Below, one piece after another: positions 1 through 11,275 of a stretch of 64,000 bases of DNA (the first letter of the stretch is position 1; every line of letters begins with the position of its first letter). The notes below the pieces were generated by a model. It was not told the origin of the DNA. It saw nothing but the letters and a program-made list of their open reading frames with translations, and did not search any database. The position numbers and the translations under genes are program-made. The DNA is taken from positions 248,001-312,000 of the forward strand of contig CP089278.1 of assembly GCA_023920165.1 (NCBI GenBank). Direction: 5' to 3'. Source of the stretch: Curvularia clavata. Its lineage: Eukaryota.

Positions 1-60
1 GACAACAAGCAAGCCTCACGCGAATCTCCACCACTGTAGCTGATTCTCGTATCACACATT

Positions 61-1129
61 ATGACGACTCAAAAGAAAGCTGGAAGCGACACGAAGCTCG
101 GTCCTGCGCCGACGCGACTTCGCCAGATTGCACTAACTACGAGGGACCTAGAGAATACGAAGCTGCTGCTTGTAGGGTCACGACTGTCAATAAGCCATTG
201 AAAAGCTGATGGAGTGACCAGACATACATCCTGGGTGTAGATGTTGTTTTCGAGGATGATGCCGTTGAGCAATGGGGATTGAAGAATTTCCTAGGTTTGC
301 AGAGGCCATGCATCACCAGAGCTTCGTACACTGACAAAGCTGCAGTTCCGCTAGGAGGCGACTTTATCGAAGTCGTCGCGCCAACGAAAGAGGGCACGAC
401 GGTTGGAAGATTGCTAGACAAACGCGGTGAGGGCGGCTTCATGATTATCATGCAGACTGGCGACGCAAAGAAGCGGTGCGACTACATCAAGGAGAACAAT
501 TTGGCCAACGTCATCGTCGAGCACGAGTACCGGGATGCCATATGCATCCAGTACCATCCAAAAGGCATCAAAGGTATGTCTGCCCCGCGCTTCGCGTTGT
601 CCCCCAAACACGCGCCAGCAAAGTGGTGGTGGCGCAGGTGTGGTGGCTGATGCGCAGACCAGGCGGCATGATGGCTGAACTCGACTCGCACACCCCTGGG
701 CCAACTAATCCAGACCCCGTCGGGTCGCGTTTCTCTCCATGGCACGCATGTGGCCCGGCTGATGAGAGTTACATCCGCGGAATGGAACGGACGGGTCACT
801 TGGCGCTCGAGGGCTGTGTATTGCGCCTACAGCCAGGCGACATGGGCCACGAGGCAGCTGCACGACAGTGGGAGGAGATCTTTGGCGTGTCACGAAGCCG
901 AGATCTGCTCGCTTTTACCAACGCACGGCTGGGCTTCATTCCGGGTGAGGCAGGCCTTGCAGAGGGCCTTGTGTCGATCACGGTCGGCGTCAAGGGCAAG
1001 GAACATTATGATGCGATACTAGAAAGAGCACGGACTGCAGGCATCTGTGGAGATGGTTGGATTCAAATGTGCGGTATCAAATGGTACTTCTCGCTAACGG
1101 GCCACGGCGAGGACAAGGGCAAGCTCTAG
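61..1129 (+). CDS. Glyoxalase/VOC-superfamily (Glyoxalase_3-like) protein, 4 exons
   Basis: ATG at 61. Splicing GT-AG introns (about 172-221, 295-345, 574-662) joins RLRQIAL...TYILGVDVVFEDDAVEQWGLKNFL-VPLGGDFIEVVAP...GEGGFMIIMQ...IQYHPKGIK-GGMMAELD in frame. Stop at 1129. Confidence 0.75.
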
Positions 1130-2570
1130 CTGAATGGCTGTTGGGCGTACTTGTCGGCCACGACTTGTGCCACGTAGTCCGACGACGCCTATCGACGAAA
1201 CAGCCAACAGGAGCGAGGTGGGCACGAAGTGCCCCGCCTACCCATGTGTATTCAAGTTGCAATGAACTGCTACTCTCTCATGAAGAAATCCACATTCAAG
1301 TCCTGTCGACTGTTCTCGACCCCTCGCTTATCGGATTAATAGGATCAATTCCACTGGCTGTCCCGCCGGGGAACGCGGTGCAAAGTATGCCTCCCACGAC
1401 GTCGCCGGAAGCATGCAAGCTATTAACAACTCTCGCCAACAACAACAGCAACAACCCTCTCCGGGACATGATCCGAATCGCCAGAGCCGACACTGCTTTC
1501 GCCTCCATCCATGTCGACTTGCCACGGAAGCATGGAGGCTTGGCTCATGACGGCTGTTTTCCAGACGAGCAGGCCGAGTTGGTGCCTGGAAACGCCTTGA
1601 GGACAGCCTCGTACCTACGCACCATTCGTGCATGACACGCCCAGATACTCACTGGCAACTGTACGCGACAGGCCGGGCCTTGCACTTCGCACGTTTGCAC
1701 GGTCCTCCGCCCACAACATGTCGCGCTGGCTGTACCCATGTCGTAGTTCGAGCACCCGCTTCCGCGCCACCACTACAACTACTCTACTTTGGGAACAGTT
1801 TGCAATTCCGTACTGATCGATCCGAACAATCACGTGCCCTGAGGCCGCACGACTGCACACATACAAATAGTATGTCGTCACGCCCAGTGCCCCCCGCCCG
1901 CCCGCGCTTGGTGCCCCGGTGTGCCCCGGTGTGCCCCCTCGTTGCCAGATCTGATGGCTATTCATTTGCCCAGCATTATAAAAGTCGAGCTCGGCTATCA
2001 AGTTCATGTACTCCCATTCTCATCACGACCTCCTTCCCGTATACCCCACACCAGTACTAGCCTAAACGCCATCGGCCATCATGTGGAGAAGCTCGCGCTC
2101 GGCGAGTGACAGGCGCTATGATAGTGCAACCTCTCTCATATCGTCTTGCCAGTACAGCGGCAGCAATTCCTCACCCGCTCCTGGCTCTCTTGTCCACGAT
2201 GAAGTTACAAAACCTATTATCCCGTCACGCCCTACTGAGGTAAGTCAAGGAGGAACACCACTTTCACCTAACTAACCAAGAATAGACTGCCTCGCGCCTG
2301 TCATCTCCCTTCTCTCGTGCGTCGAAAGCCATCTACCGTCGGCCTTATGCGTCTCGTTATCTCAACACTGTCTTTCCGTTACTCGGGTCGCCCTTTACTA
2401 GCCGAGCACACCTGTCTTCGGATGATACTTCAAGTTCGGCCTCCCCAGATAAATATACAAGCGGGAATACCGACAGGCTGTCTTGTCAACTTTGTGGTAC
2501 CGTTTTCACGGGAAAATATGGGCGTGGAAATCGTGGTCGACACATGCGGCAATATCACACCCAAGCTGCA

Positions 2571-4605
2571 ATGACCTCTTTCAAATGCCTGGTGGATGAA
2601 TGCCCCAAAACTTTTGCACGTCAAGACGCTCGCCTCAAACATCAGCGTACGCATCATTCGGAGTCCCAGCCCAATTCCAATACCTGTCCTGTCAACCTGG
2701 GCGAGGTACATGTTTCTTTTTCAACTGCCCTCTGCAACATGCGCACAAAACTGGATGACAAGACGTACTCGCGGCTTTGCGATATGTTCCTGTACTTGTT
2801 TCCACGAATAGTTCAGTATCTCCGAGACACAGGGTAGGTCGTCTAGTCAAGTGGATAATCATTGTATATTAACATTCACCAGGTCTAACACGTATGGTAT
2901 ATATATGGATGTCCTTAAAGAAATTCTTATTGTTGTTGATGCAAGCGAGTCTGATTGGAACCAAGTGATGGCTGATCCTGCGTTGTTCAGTCGCCTTCAT
3001 CACAATGGAACAGCTTCCTCCAGTAAGGGAAAAGGTTCTGTGATTAACCTCGGGCCAAGCAGCATGTCACGAACAAACTCGAACCATCCATCTAAAGGAC
3101 AGAAGCCCGCTCATCGACGCGAGACTGGCAGCCACAAGGTTTCTAGGAGCCATCAAAACGGGAGCTCGCAATCGAGGCTGGTTGATTGCCCGGATCACAA
3201 GCATCACATGATGGACCGCGACTCCCAAACATCACCTTGTCATGGCTGTAGAGTGAAGAGTATGGCTCAGGTTCGGCACCATCTAAGACGCATCAATCAT
3301 CAAGGGCGTCCTGGCACTTGGAAATGTCCTCTTTGCAAGAAGGATTTCAACCACGAACAAAGTATGAACGAACATATTAAAGCAAAGAGCTGTCAGACTC
3401 AGGTGCAGTCAAGAGGAGACATCGTCAAACCATGGGCAATGCTCTATCTGACGCGCCATCCTGACGCTCGATGTATACCAAGCCCATGTAAGTAGAGTTT
3501 TCGTTAAACTCAACTCATTACTAACATCTTCTCCATAGATTGTGATGAGAATACATGGCTGCCTCAATCGATATGGGAGGAATGCCGAGCCTCTCTTCAG
3601 GATACTCCAACCCCCGTTCAAGATACCCCGACTTCTGCTCGGGATAGCTCAACCCCTGTCCAAGAGAACCCGTCCTCTGGACAGGATACCATGAACTTCC
3701 TTCCGGATACCTCGGTCCCACTCTTGGGCAACACAGAGAACGCAACGAGAGACCAGGGCCATGGAATGACACGTGACGCTAACAGCGTTCCGATTGAATC
3801 ATATCAAGCCGCTGTACACTTCGCAATCCAAACTTTGAACTCGATAGCTTCATCCATGACCAACATCCCCTACGCTGCTCTCGCGGGCAGTTCTACAGCT
3901 GGCTTCAACAGTGACCAACCACTTGATCAAAACTCACTATCAAATCACATTGTGAGGTGGCATAGCCTACTCCTTCACAACGTTGCGGAACGCTTAGAGT
4001 CTCTTGCTTGGGCTTTGGAGCTTCAGGTACAACCAGCAGTGCTTGTGGACATGGGATATTTATCATCCATCGCCAATGGTGCGGAAATGGCAGTGAATAA
4101 CACAAATACTCACAATCAGTTTCGAGCGCCCCATGTTCAGGCTCAAGGTCAAGAGGACTCTAACGCCGCCTCAAATTTGCCTGCCGAATATTTCTTCGGG
4201 TCTAGTAACATTCAAACGTCAGATCTCTGGCCCGAACAGCATGAGCCAATCGAGGAGGGGTCTTTTCAATATTCGACTCCAACTTTGAGCACGCACTCGA
4301 GCCAAACCGATGTGCCCACTAGCTCCTTCCATACACAACCATCTCCAGCAACAAATCCTTCATCCGCATATGGACCGCCAGACAGGATGTTTCTGAGTGC
4401 TGCGAACTCGCCTCATCATTTCCGTCGCGGGTCAGGAAACTCGGATGTTTCGGATTGTCTCATCCCGCCCAGAATACAGCCAGATCCCGTGGGTTTACTT
4501 GGGACAAACTCACAGTCTGAAGACTCTCGGTTTATCGAAGCAGAAAGGCCTCAACCCTTTCGGATTGAGGATTACATCTACACCGATCCTGAGAAGCGAA
4601 CGTAA
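2571..4605 (+). CDS. C2H2 zinc-finger protein with low-complexity S/Q/P-rich C-terminus, 3 exons
   Basis: FKCLVDECPKTFARQDARLKHQRTHH is a classic C2H2 finger; WKCPLCKKDFNHEQSMNEH is a second finger. Introns at about 2833-2882 and 3488-3538 (GTAAGT..CTAAC..TAG) join ORFs 2544, 2851 and 3691 in frame. The start is uncertain. Confidence 0.7.
3597..3720 (+). repeat. Degenerate 21-bp coding tandem repeat (QDTPTPV / QDTPTSA / RDSSTPV / QENPSSG / QDT)
   Basis: caggatactccaacccccgtt / caagataccccgacttctgct / cgggatagctcaacccctgtc / caagagaacccgtcctctgga. Confidence 0.65.
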
Positions 4606-5061
4606 CCACGGTATCATCGCCGGTCGATGACTGTATGCCGAATGTTGAAACGGACGACTCACGATTGCAGACTTTACTAGTTTTCTTCTTCTTCTTTTTT
4701 TTCTTGAGCGCTGTTGCCGATTTGCTTCTCGTCCTCTATGTTCGTGCCGGTTGTGGATGTTCTCGATACAACTCTTGTCTTCCCTGTTACGTTTCTACGA
4801 CGGGTTGGTCATGGCTCTGAAACCATTCCTTCAATTCATTAGACTTCTTGATTCAGTTCAAACGCGAAAAGAAAATACCCAATCGAAAGAAATCAATAGA
4901 TTTTACGTTTTTCTAGTTGCAAAATATAGCCGTGTGTAGCAAGCTTGGTTTACAGTCTCTTCAGTTATCCCCGTAGGAGTTAGAAGACGGTTAGGCCAAA
5001 TGTAACAAATAAATCAACATTTTTGAACTACAAACTCCTCCTAGATATACGGTCATCCCGT

Positions 5062-6500
5062 CTAAAGACGACTCTGAATCTTCTCAAGCGTATCACCGAG
5101 CGCATATTCTGAAGCTACAGTCTTACTCCTCACCTTGTCGCCTTCCTCCTTAGTTACATAGCGGGCCTCTACTGCCGGATTATACGCGAACTGGCTTGCC
5201 CGTTTGACCTCCTCATCGCTCATCTTGACGTTCTTCTTACCATCCGCACGCTTATACACATTGATAACGACAGCTCCGCCCAAGCCCAGGTTGTGCTGTA
5301 GCGCTACATCCGCATTCTCGACAAGTCTGTTGTTTGCCCAGCCACGAAGCTGCCATGTTAGCTCTGCACATTGCGCGAGACCCGTTGCGCCGAGGGGATG
5401 ACCTTTGCTGATGAGGCCACCAGAGGGATTGATTATGGGACCTTTGCCTCCATAGGTAATGTCACCGTTGCGAACCATTAGGTGTGCTTTTCCGGGCTCG
5501 CTGAAGCCCAGACCTTCGAGCAGGATGAGCTCGTTTGCGGAAAAGCAGTCGTGGAGCTCGGCGACTTTGATGTCCTTGGGGTTCACACCAGCTTCCTTGA
5601 GGGCGGCTTGGGCTGCCCGCTTCGTCATGTCGTATCCGACGAGATCCATAGATGACTTGGAGTAGAGCTGCGGCGTATCTGTCGTGAGGGCCTGGCCCGC
5701 GATGAGGATTGCCTGGCTCTTCAGATGGGGTCGGGCATCTAGGAACTTTTGGCTGACAAGGACAGCAGCACCTGCACCGTCACTGGTAGGGCTGCATTGG
5801 AGCTTTGTCAGCGGGTAGTGGATCATGGGCGACTTTTCAATCTGCTCGAGCGTGTAGACGTCGCGGAACTGGGCATACGGGTTCCGCTGGCTGTGCTCGT
5901 GGCTGATCCTTGCTATCTCGGCAAAGTCGCGCGCTTCGGCGCCGTATTTCTCCATGTACTCGAGACCGGCGTTGGCAAAGTACTGGGCGTTTGGTGGTGA
6001 CTTGCTGATACCACGCGTATCGGCCATCATTCGCATCGAAAGACCCATGGGCGAGGGTCGATCGCTCCATGCGGACTTGATGGAACCGGGTTGCATCTGC
6101 TCGAAACCAATCACGAGGGCGCAATCAATGGTTCCATTCTTGATGAGGGTTCGCGCAAGATGCAGCCCCGTACTACCGGTCGCACAAGCATTGTTGGTGT
6201 TGTAGATAGGGATGCTATTACGAGTCAGTGGAGCCGTCTCACTAGGTGAAGATGATTGCGCGTAGTATCGTACCCACTCATGCCAAACTGATAGAAAATC
6301 CTCTGGCCGCTTGTTGTGTCACCATAGCAGTAGCAAGCGACTCCGGTTTCAACATCGTCGTAATTGATCTGGGCGTCCAGCATGGCCTTTACGCCAGCTT
6401 CGTAGCCCATTTCGGGGTAAGCTCGCGTCTGCCGGGGCTTAATAAACTTGGTGATGCCTACACCAAGCACATAAACTGGGATATCGTTCTTGGACGCCAT
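5062..6500 (-). CDS. SCP2/SCPx-type thiolase (nonspecific lipid-transfer protein family), peroxisomal, no SCP2 domain, 2 exons
   Basis: Motifs NNACATG, CSPTSDGA, ELHDCF, SKGHPLGATG and LQHNLGLGG. Intron about 6215-6273. C-terminal PTS1 -SRL. Confidence 0.92.
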
Positions 6501-7987
6501 CTTGAATTATCGGTGTGAATTTTTTGCAATCTTGAAAAGATATTATGGATGCACCGACGAAGTTGCAGTTCGTCTTGTTGTACAGAGAGTACGCACGCTT
6601 AATGGTTTCCCAAACGTCGGAATGGACCGAGGTTCATGCCTACCCCACTCTGCACTTAGCCGTCCTCCTCATTGCTCGACGTATTCGACGTCGCCATACC
6701 GACGGTATACCGGTGCAGAAATCGTCAACAGATGAATGGAGTCGATGTATCTGCCCGCCCCATCATTGCAATCTATGTCATTACCTTTTGACAGACGTCC
6801 AATAGACCCACGTATCCACATATCCCCAGAAATTGGAAATTAACAACCACCTAGTCACTTCTGTCAGATATCTAGATACCTGCCATTTGAGCTGTGAACG
6901 GATGTAGGGAACTGATTACGCTAATTGAGAACAGGCGAGCCCTAGCCCTGATGTATTGAGCCTTGCCGGTTAGCGAACGTACACATGGCGATACGAAGCG
7001 ATGGATCGTGATAGGGCTAGCTATTCCGGTAGGCTATGGGAAAGTGAAGCGGCATTGAATGCGACACCCCCTGTTGGCAATCATTAGCTACCATAACATC
7101 GACTCTGACCAGCACGTTGCGATCGCGGCGCGGTTGCGCAAAGACTTTTCTCTGGCTCCCGTTGATTCTTTGTTCCGAAGAAACGCCTAGAGTTGGTCCG
7201 GTAACTTCACGGCAGCCCAATGCGGTTCCACCACTTCATCTCTTTTCATCTCCACCATTCATATGCTCCTTCGAGCTGGTCGTAACGGCACCAACTGCGA
7301 TAGAGCCTGATTCTTGCAATGAGTGGGCCGGCCAATAGATGACGCGCATTATCAACGGAGGTCTAATCTATGGGAGATGGTGTTTTCTTGCAGTGGCCCA
7401 CAGGCAATTTCCAAAGGACTGCGGTTTCTGTCTCGGCATCTTGTTTCGAAACGGCTAGACTCCACTGCCGCGACGTCAGTAAAGTACCGAGCGGACGTTG
7501 AAACATGGAGTCCAACGAATCAATTGTGAACTGTGGACAAACCGTGCACCGGCCTTTTGTTCGCTGACTAGGGATGCAATCAATTTCCCGCAGTGGTGGA
7601 AGCGCCAGGAACCATTTCTGACAAGCGTAGCGCTGCCGAGGAACCATGATCCCGGACCACGACAGTCCAGAATGTTGGTTTCGCATGACCACAATGCTGC
7701 AGCATGAGCTTGTTCGGCGGGTCGAATGTCGGAGATGGGGTTTGTTCCTTGGACACGTCGGATCGAGGCATCCTTGGCTCACCCGCAATACCGCCTACAT
7801 ATAGAGAAGGATGCTGCAATGCCCATTCTGGCACACACGCTCTTCCGCTCTTCCATTTTCGTTCTTTTCTTGCTCGTTCCTTTGAACGTTGCTATCCACT
7901 CATTCTCCAAAGCCTTGAGGGCTCCATACAATCTTGTTGGCAGTGCCACATATCCACTCTCCTTTAACATCCCACACAGCCTCAATC

Positions 7988-10639
7988 ATGGCTCGTTCAT
8001 TCCTTCTTACTTCTGCCATCTTTGCGCTCCGCGCTGCAGCCCAAACATCCACGGGCTTTACCGATGAGAAGACTGGTATCAAATTCCAAGGTATCCAGCA
8101 CGACTCTGGCTACAGGCTCGGTTATGCTGTCCCAGAGAAGCCTTCGACCGACTTCATTGCTCAGATCCAAGCACCCATCTCAAATGCAGGCGGATGGGCT
8201 GGTCTCAGCATGGGTCAGTCCATGGTTGGCAACCCGCTCATCGTTGCGTGGCCCAACGAGGGCAAGGTCATCTCGTCCTTCCGTCTTGCTGATGGCTACA
8301 CCAACCCCCCTGTGTTGACTACTGGCAAGCAAACCATGAAGACAATCCCCGATGGTACTTTTGTCAACGATACAGCCTTTTCATACACTTTCCTGTGCTC
8401 CAACTGTCTCAGTGACGACTCGAGCCTCGGCCTTGTCATCTCCGATACCCTCAACATCATGGGCTGGGCCTTTTCGAACAAGGCTTTGACCGACTCGACT
8501 AAGGCTTCTGCTGCCCTCAACTACCACGATGCCGGATTTGGTGCTTTTGGTATCAAGATGTCCGACGCCGCGAGCGCCGATTTTGAGAAATGGGCTGCTC
8601 TTGCCGTTGCAGACGCCCCAAGCGGTGGCAACTCCACCATTCCTAGCCCTGGAGGAAACTCCACGACGCCAACAACCCCAGTCGTTGGCAACTCTACCGC
8701 AATCGTCGCCAACGAAACATACGACTACATCGTTGCCGGAGGTGGTGGTGCTGGAATCATTGCTGCTCAGAGGTTCGCAGAGAGCGGCGCTTCTGTCCTT
8801 CTGATCGAGCGTGGCGGTCCTTCGTACGCTTTCACTGGCGATGTCAAGACCCTGCCTTGGAACGACACTGTTTCCATGTACGATGTTCCCGGATACGGTT
8901 ACTACCTCAGCGACGTCGGCAGCCCTGCTTACTGCGCCGATACTGCCGACATGGCAGGCTGTCTGCTTGGTGGTAGCACTTCTGTCAACGCCATGATGTA
9001 CGTCAGGCCTCAGGCGCGCGACTTCAACGACAAGTGGCCTGCTGGCTGGAAGTGGGCCGATGTTTCCGCTGCTGCTGAGCGCCTGTACGAACGCAACCCG
9101 GGACAGACTTACGGCTCCCAGGACGGTGTCCGCTACGACGATGGTGCTTTTGATGTGCTTTCCAAGTTCTTCGCTGCTCAGGGCTGGACTGAGACCGACT
9201 TTGTCAAGAACCCCAACAACAAGGTCGATGTCTACGGCCACCCGACCTGGAACATCGCCAATGGTCTCCGTTCTGGCAGTGTCAGGACTTACCTTCCTCT
9301 TGCTCAGAAGCTTGACAACTTCAAGCTCATGATGAACACTGACGTTGTCCGAGCTGTTCGCAAGGGCTCAGCCGTTTCTGGTGTTGAGGTTAAGACGGCT
9401 GATGGCAAACGCGTCATCTACAACGTCAAGGCTGGAGGCCGCGTAGTCCTTTCCGCCGGTGCCATGTCAACTCCTCGCATCCTCTTCAACTCTGGCATTG
9501 GCCCCGCTGAGCAACTCAAGACCGTCGCCAGTGGCAACACTGGTGTTCAGCTGCCTGAGGAAGCTGATTGGATTGACCTTCCTGTCGGAGCGGAGATCAA
9601 GGACCACCCCATCTTCACTGTCAAGTTCAAGACCAGCGCACCCCTTGCTGCCACCGACAAGAAGGCTCTCATCACTCCCAACCAGACCACCATCGACCTC
9701 TTCGCCAAGGGCTCTGGTCTCCTTGCTGAGTCTGGTCAGCGCCTGAACTGGTGGTCATCTGTCAACACCACCGACGGCAGCGAGGTCTTCTTCCAGGGCA
9801 CATGCAATTCTCCTGAAGATGACACTGTTCAGATGAAGGTCTACATCACCCACGGTTTGAAGTCTGTTGGTAGCCTTGGTATCAACGCCGATGGCGCCAC
9901 CACTTTCCTCACCAAGCCCCACATGACTTCCAAGGTCGACACCGAGGCTATCACCCTGATGATGGACCGTCTCATCAGCATGACCAAGGGCGGAAACTCG
10001 ACTTTGTCCATCATCCCTCCCACCGGCGTCACCAACGTCACCAGCGCGGACCTCATCACTTCCTTCAAGTCCGGAAGCCACTACGTCGGTACCGCGAAGA
10101 TGGGCACCAAGGGCGAAGCCGGTGTAGTCGTCGACACTGATACAAAGGTCTACGGCACCGACAACCTTTTCGTCGTCGACGCCTCAATCCACCCGGATCT
10201 CCCCACCGGAAACACTCAAGCCATTGTCATGGTCGCCGCCGAAGCCGCCGCTGCCCGTATCCTGAAGCTCTCTGGTACTCCTTCCAAGCCATCCACTCCA
10301 GTAGCCAGCGGTGAAGCCTCTCCCGCTTCCTCATCCGCTGCTCCTGCTGCTGCTTCTTCTTCTGCTGCTCCCGCTGCTTCTTCCGCTGCTCCTGCCCCCT
10401 CTTCTGCCGCGCCCACCGCCGTCCCCGTCGAGACTCCGGCCCCAACCCCCACCCAGTCTTCCACCCCAAGTGCCCCTGCCGAGTCCGCTCCAGCTGCCAA
10501 GCCAACGTCTGCTCAGCCCAGCACCGCAGGCAAGTGGGAGCGCTGCGGCGGAATTGGCTTCACTGGCCCAACCACCTGCTCCGATGGCTGGAAGTGCGTC
10601 AAGCAGAACGACTACTACTCGCAGTGTCTGAGCGCTTAG
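7988..10639 (+). CDS. cdh: Cellobiose dehydrogenase: signal peptide, AA8 cytochrome b, AA3_1 GMC flavodomain, S/A/P linker, CBM1
   Basis: Signal peptide [18 protein letters not shown]. Cytochrome [11 protein letters not shown]...NYH (Met/His ligands). [15 protein letters not shown] motif, [21 protein letters not shown]...TGN catalytic His/Asn. C-terminal [32 protein letters not shown] is CBM1. Single exon. Confidence 0.95.
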   Translation: MARSFLLTSAIFALRAAAQTSTGFTDEKTGIKFQGIQHDSGYRLGYAVPEKPSTDFIAQIQAPISNAGGWAGLSMGQSMVGNPLIVAWPNEGKVISSFRLADGYTNPPVLTTGKQTMKTIPDGTFVNDTAFSYTFLCSNCLSDDSSLGLVISDTLNIMGWAFSNKALTDSTKASAALNYHDAGFGAFGIKMSDAASADFEKWAALAVADAPSGGNSTIPSPGGNSTTPTTPVVGNSTAIVANETYDYIVAGGGGAGIIAAQRFAESGASVLLIERGGPSYAFTGDVKTLPWNDTVSMYDVPGYGYYLSDVGSPAYCADTADMAGCLLGGSTSVNAMMYVRPQARDFNDKWPAGWKWADVSAAAERLYERNPGQTYGSQDGVRYDDGAFDVLSKFFAAQGWTETDFVKNPNNKVDVYGHPTWNIANGLRSGSVRTYLPLAQKLDNFKLMMNTDVVRAVRKGSAVSGVEVKTADGKRVIYNVKAGGRVVLSAGAMSTPRILFNSGIGPAEQLKTVASGNTGVQLPEEADWIDLPVGAEIKDHPIFTVKFKTSAPLAATDKKALITPNQTTIDLFAKGSGLLAESGQRLNWWSSVNTTDGSEVFFQGTCNSPEDDTVQMKVYITHGLKSVGSLGINADGATTFLTKPHMTSKVDTEAITLMMDRLISMTKGGNSTLSIIPPTGVTNVTSADLITSFKSGSHYVGTAKMGTKGEAGVVVDTDTKVYGTDNLFVVDASIHPDLPTGNTQAIVMVAAEAAAARILKLSGTPSKPSTPVASGEASPASSSAAPAAASSSAAPAASSAAPAPSSAAPTAVPVETPAPTPTQSSTPSAPAESAPAAKPTSAQPSTAGKWERCGGIGFTGPTTCSDGWKCVKQNDYYSQCLSA

Positions 10640-11275
10640 GTCCTTTCTGCGGGTCGACATGATAGCGAGACAGAGTGGATATTCATGTACATATAAAAAG
10701 CCCCTTTTGTTTCATTTCGCTGGCTGCGCCTTGCGCTGTAGAATATTAGATGCATCTGTTTTGTATATAGTAAAATATGAGTGGCATTGAGTTCATCATC
10801 ATTGCATCTTAGGACTTGAGTGAATACATGTTGTTTTACGACCATTTTTGGTACTAAAGAGTATGTCATATATGCCTGCGCTTTTTTTACATAACAACCT
10901 GGTGGTGTTCTCAGCGCCGACTGAGTGAACACAAATCAAAAACATAAGTCAGTTCAACTCCACAATGCTATGGAGTATCACGAGTGTTTTTTTTCCTTTA
11001 TGCAAATTCACGAGACTCAACAACATTTAGCAGACAGGAAAATTATATATGCATTCCTGGCAAGACTATCAGTAACGCATCGAGTGCCGACCAGCAAGAA
11101 CCCAAGTGCGTAAACTAGATAGAATGCCGTGTATAGAGGTATAATCTAGAGGAACGGGCTGAAGGAGCACCGCAGAAAGAAGGAAATATTACAATGGTAT
11201 ACGGTAGGTAAGAGACATATGCATGTCATAATTCTCATACATGATCGCCATCATCATTGCCTTCTAGACCGTAGT

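Noticed and set aside
1057..2060. 192-aa and 142-aa ORFs and a short (GTGCCCCGGT)n repeat at about 1911-1937
   Set aside because: No recognisable domain or splice support, and the repeat is too short to mean much.
8381..10660. Several antisense and alternate-frame ORFs over cdh, including a poly-Leu ORF at 10311
   Set aside because: By-products of strong codon bias and the GCT/TCT-rich linker.
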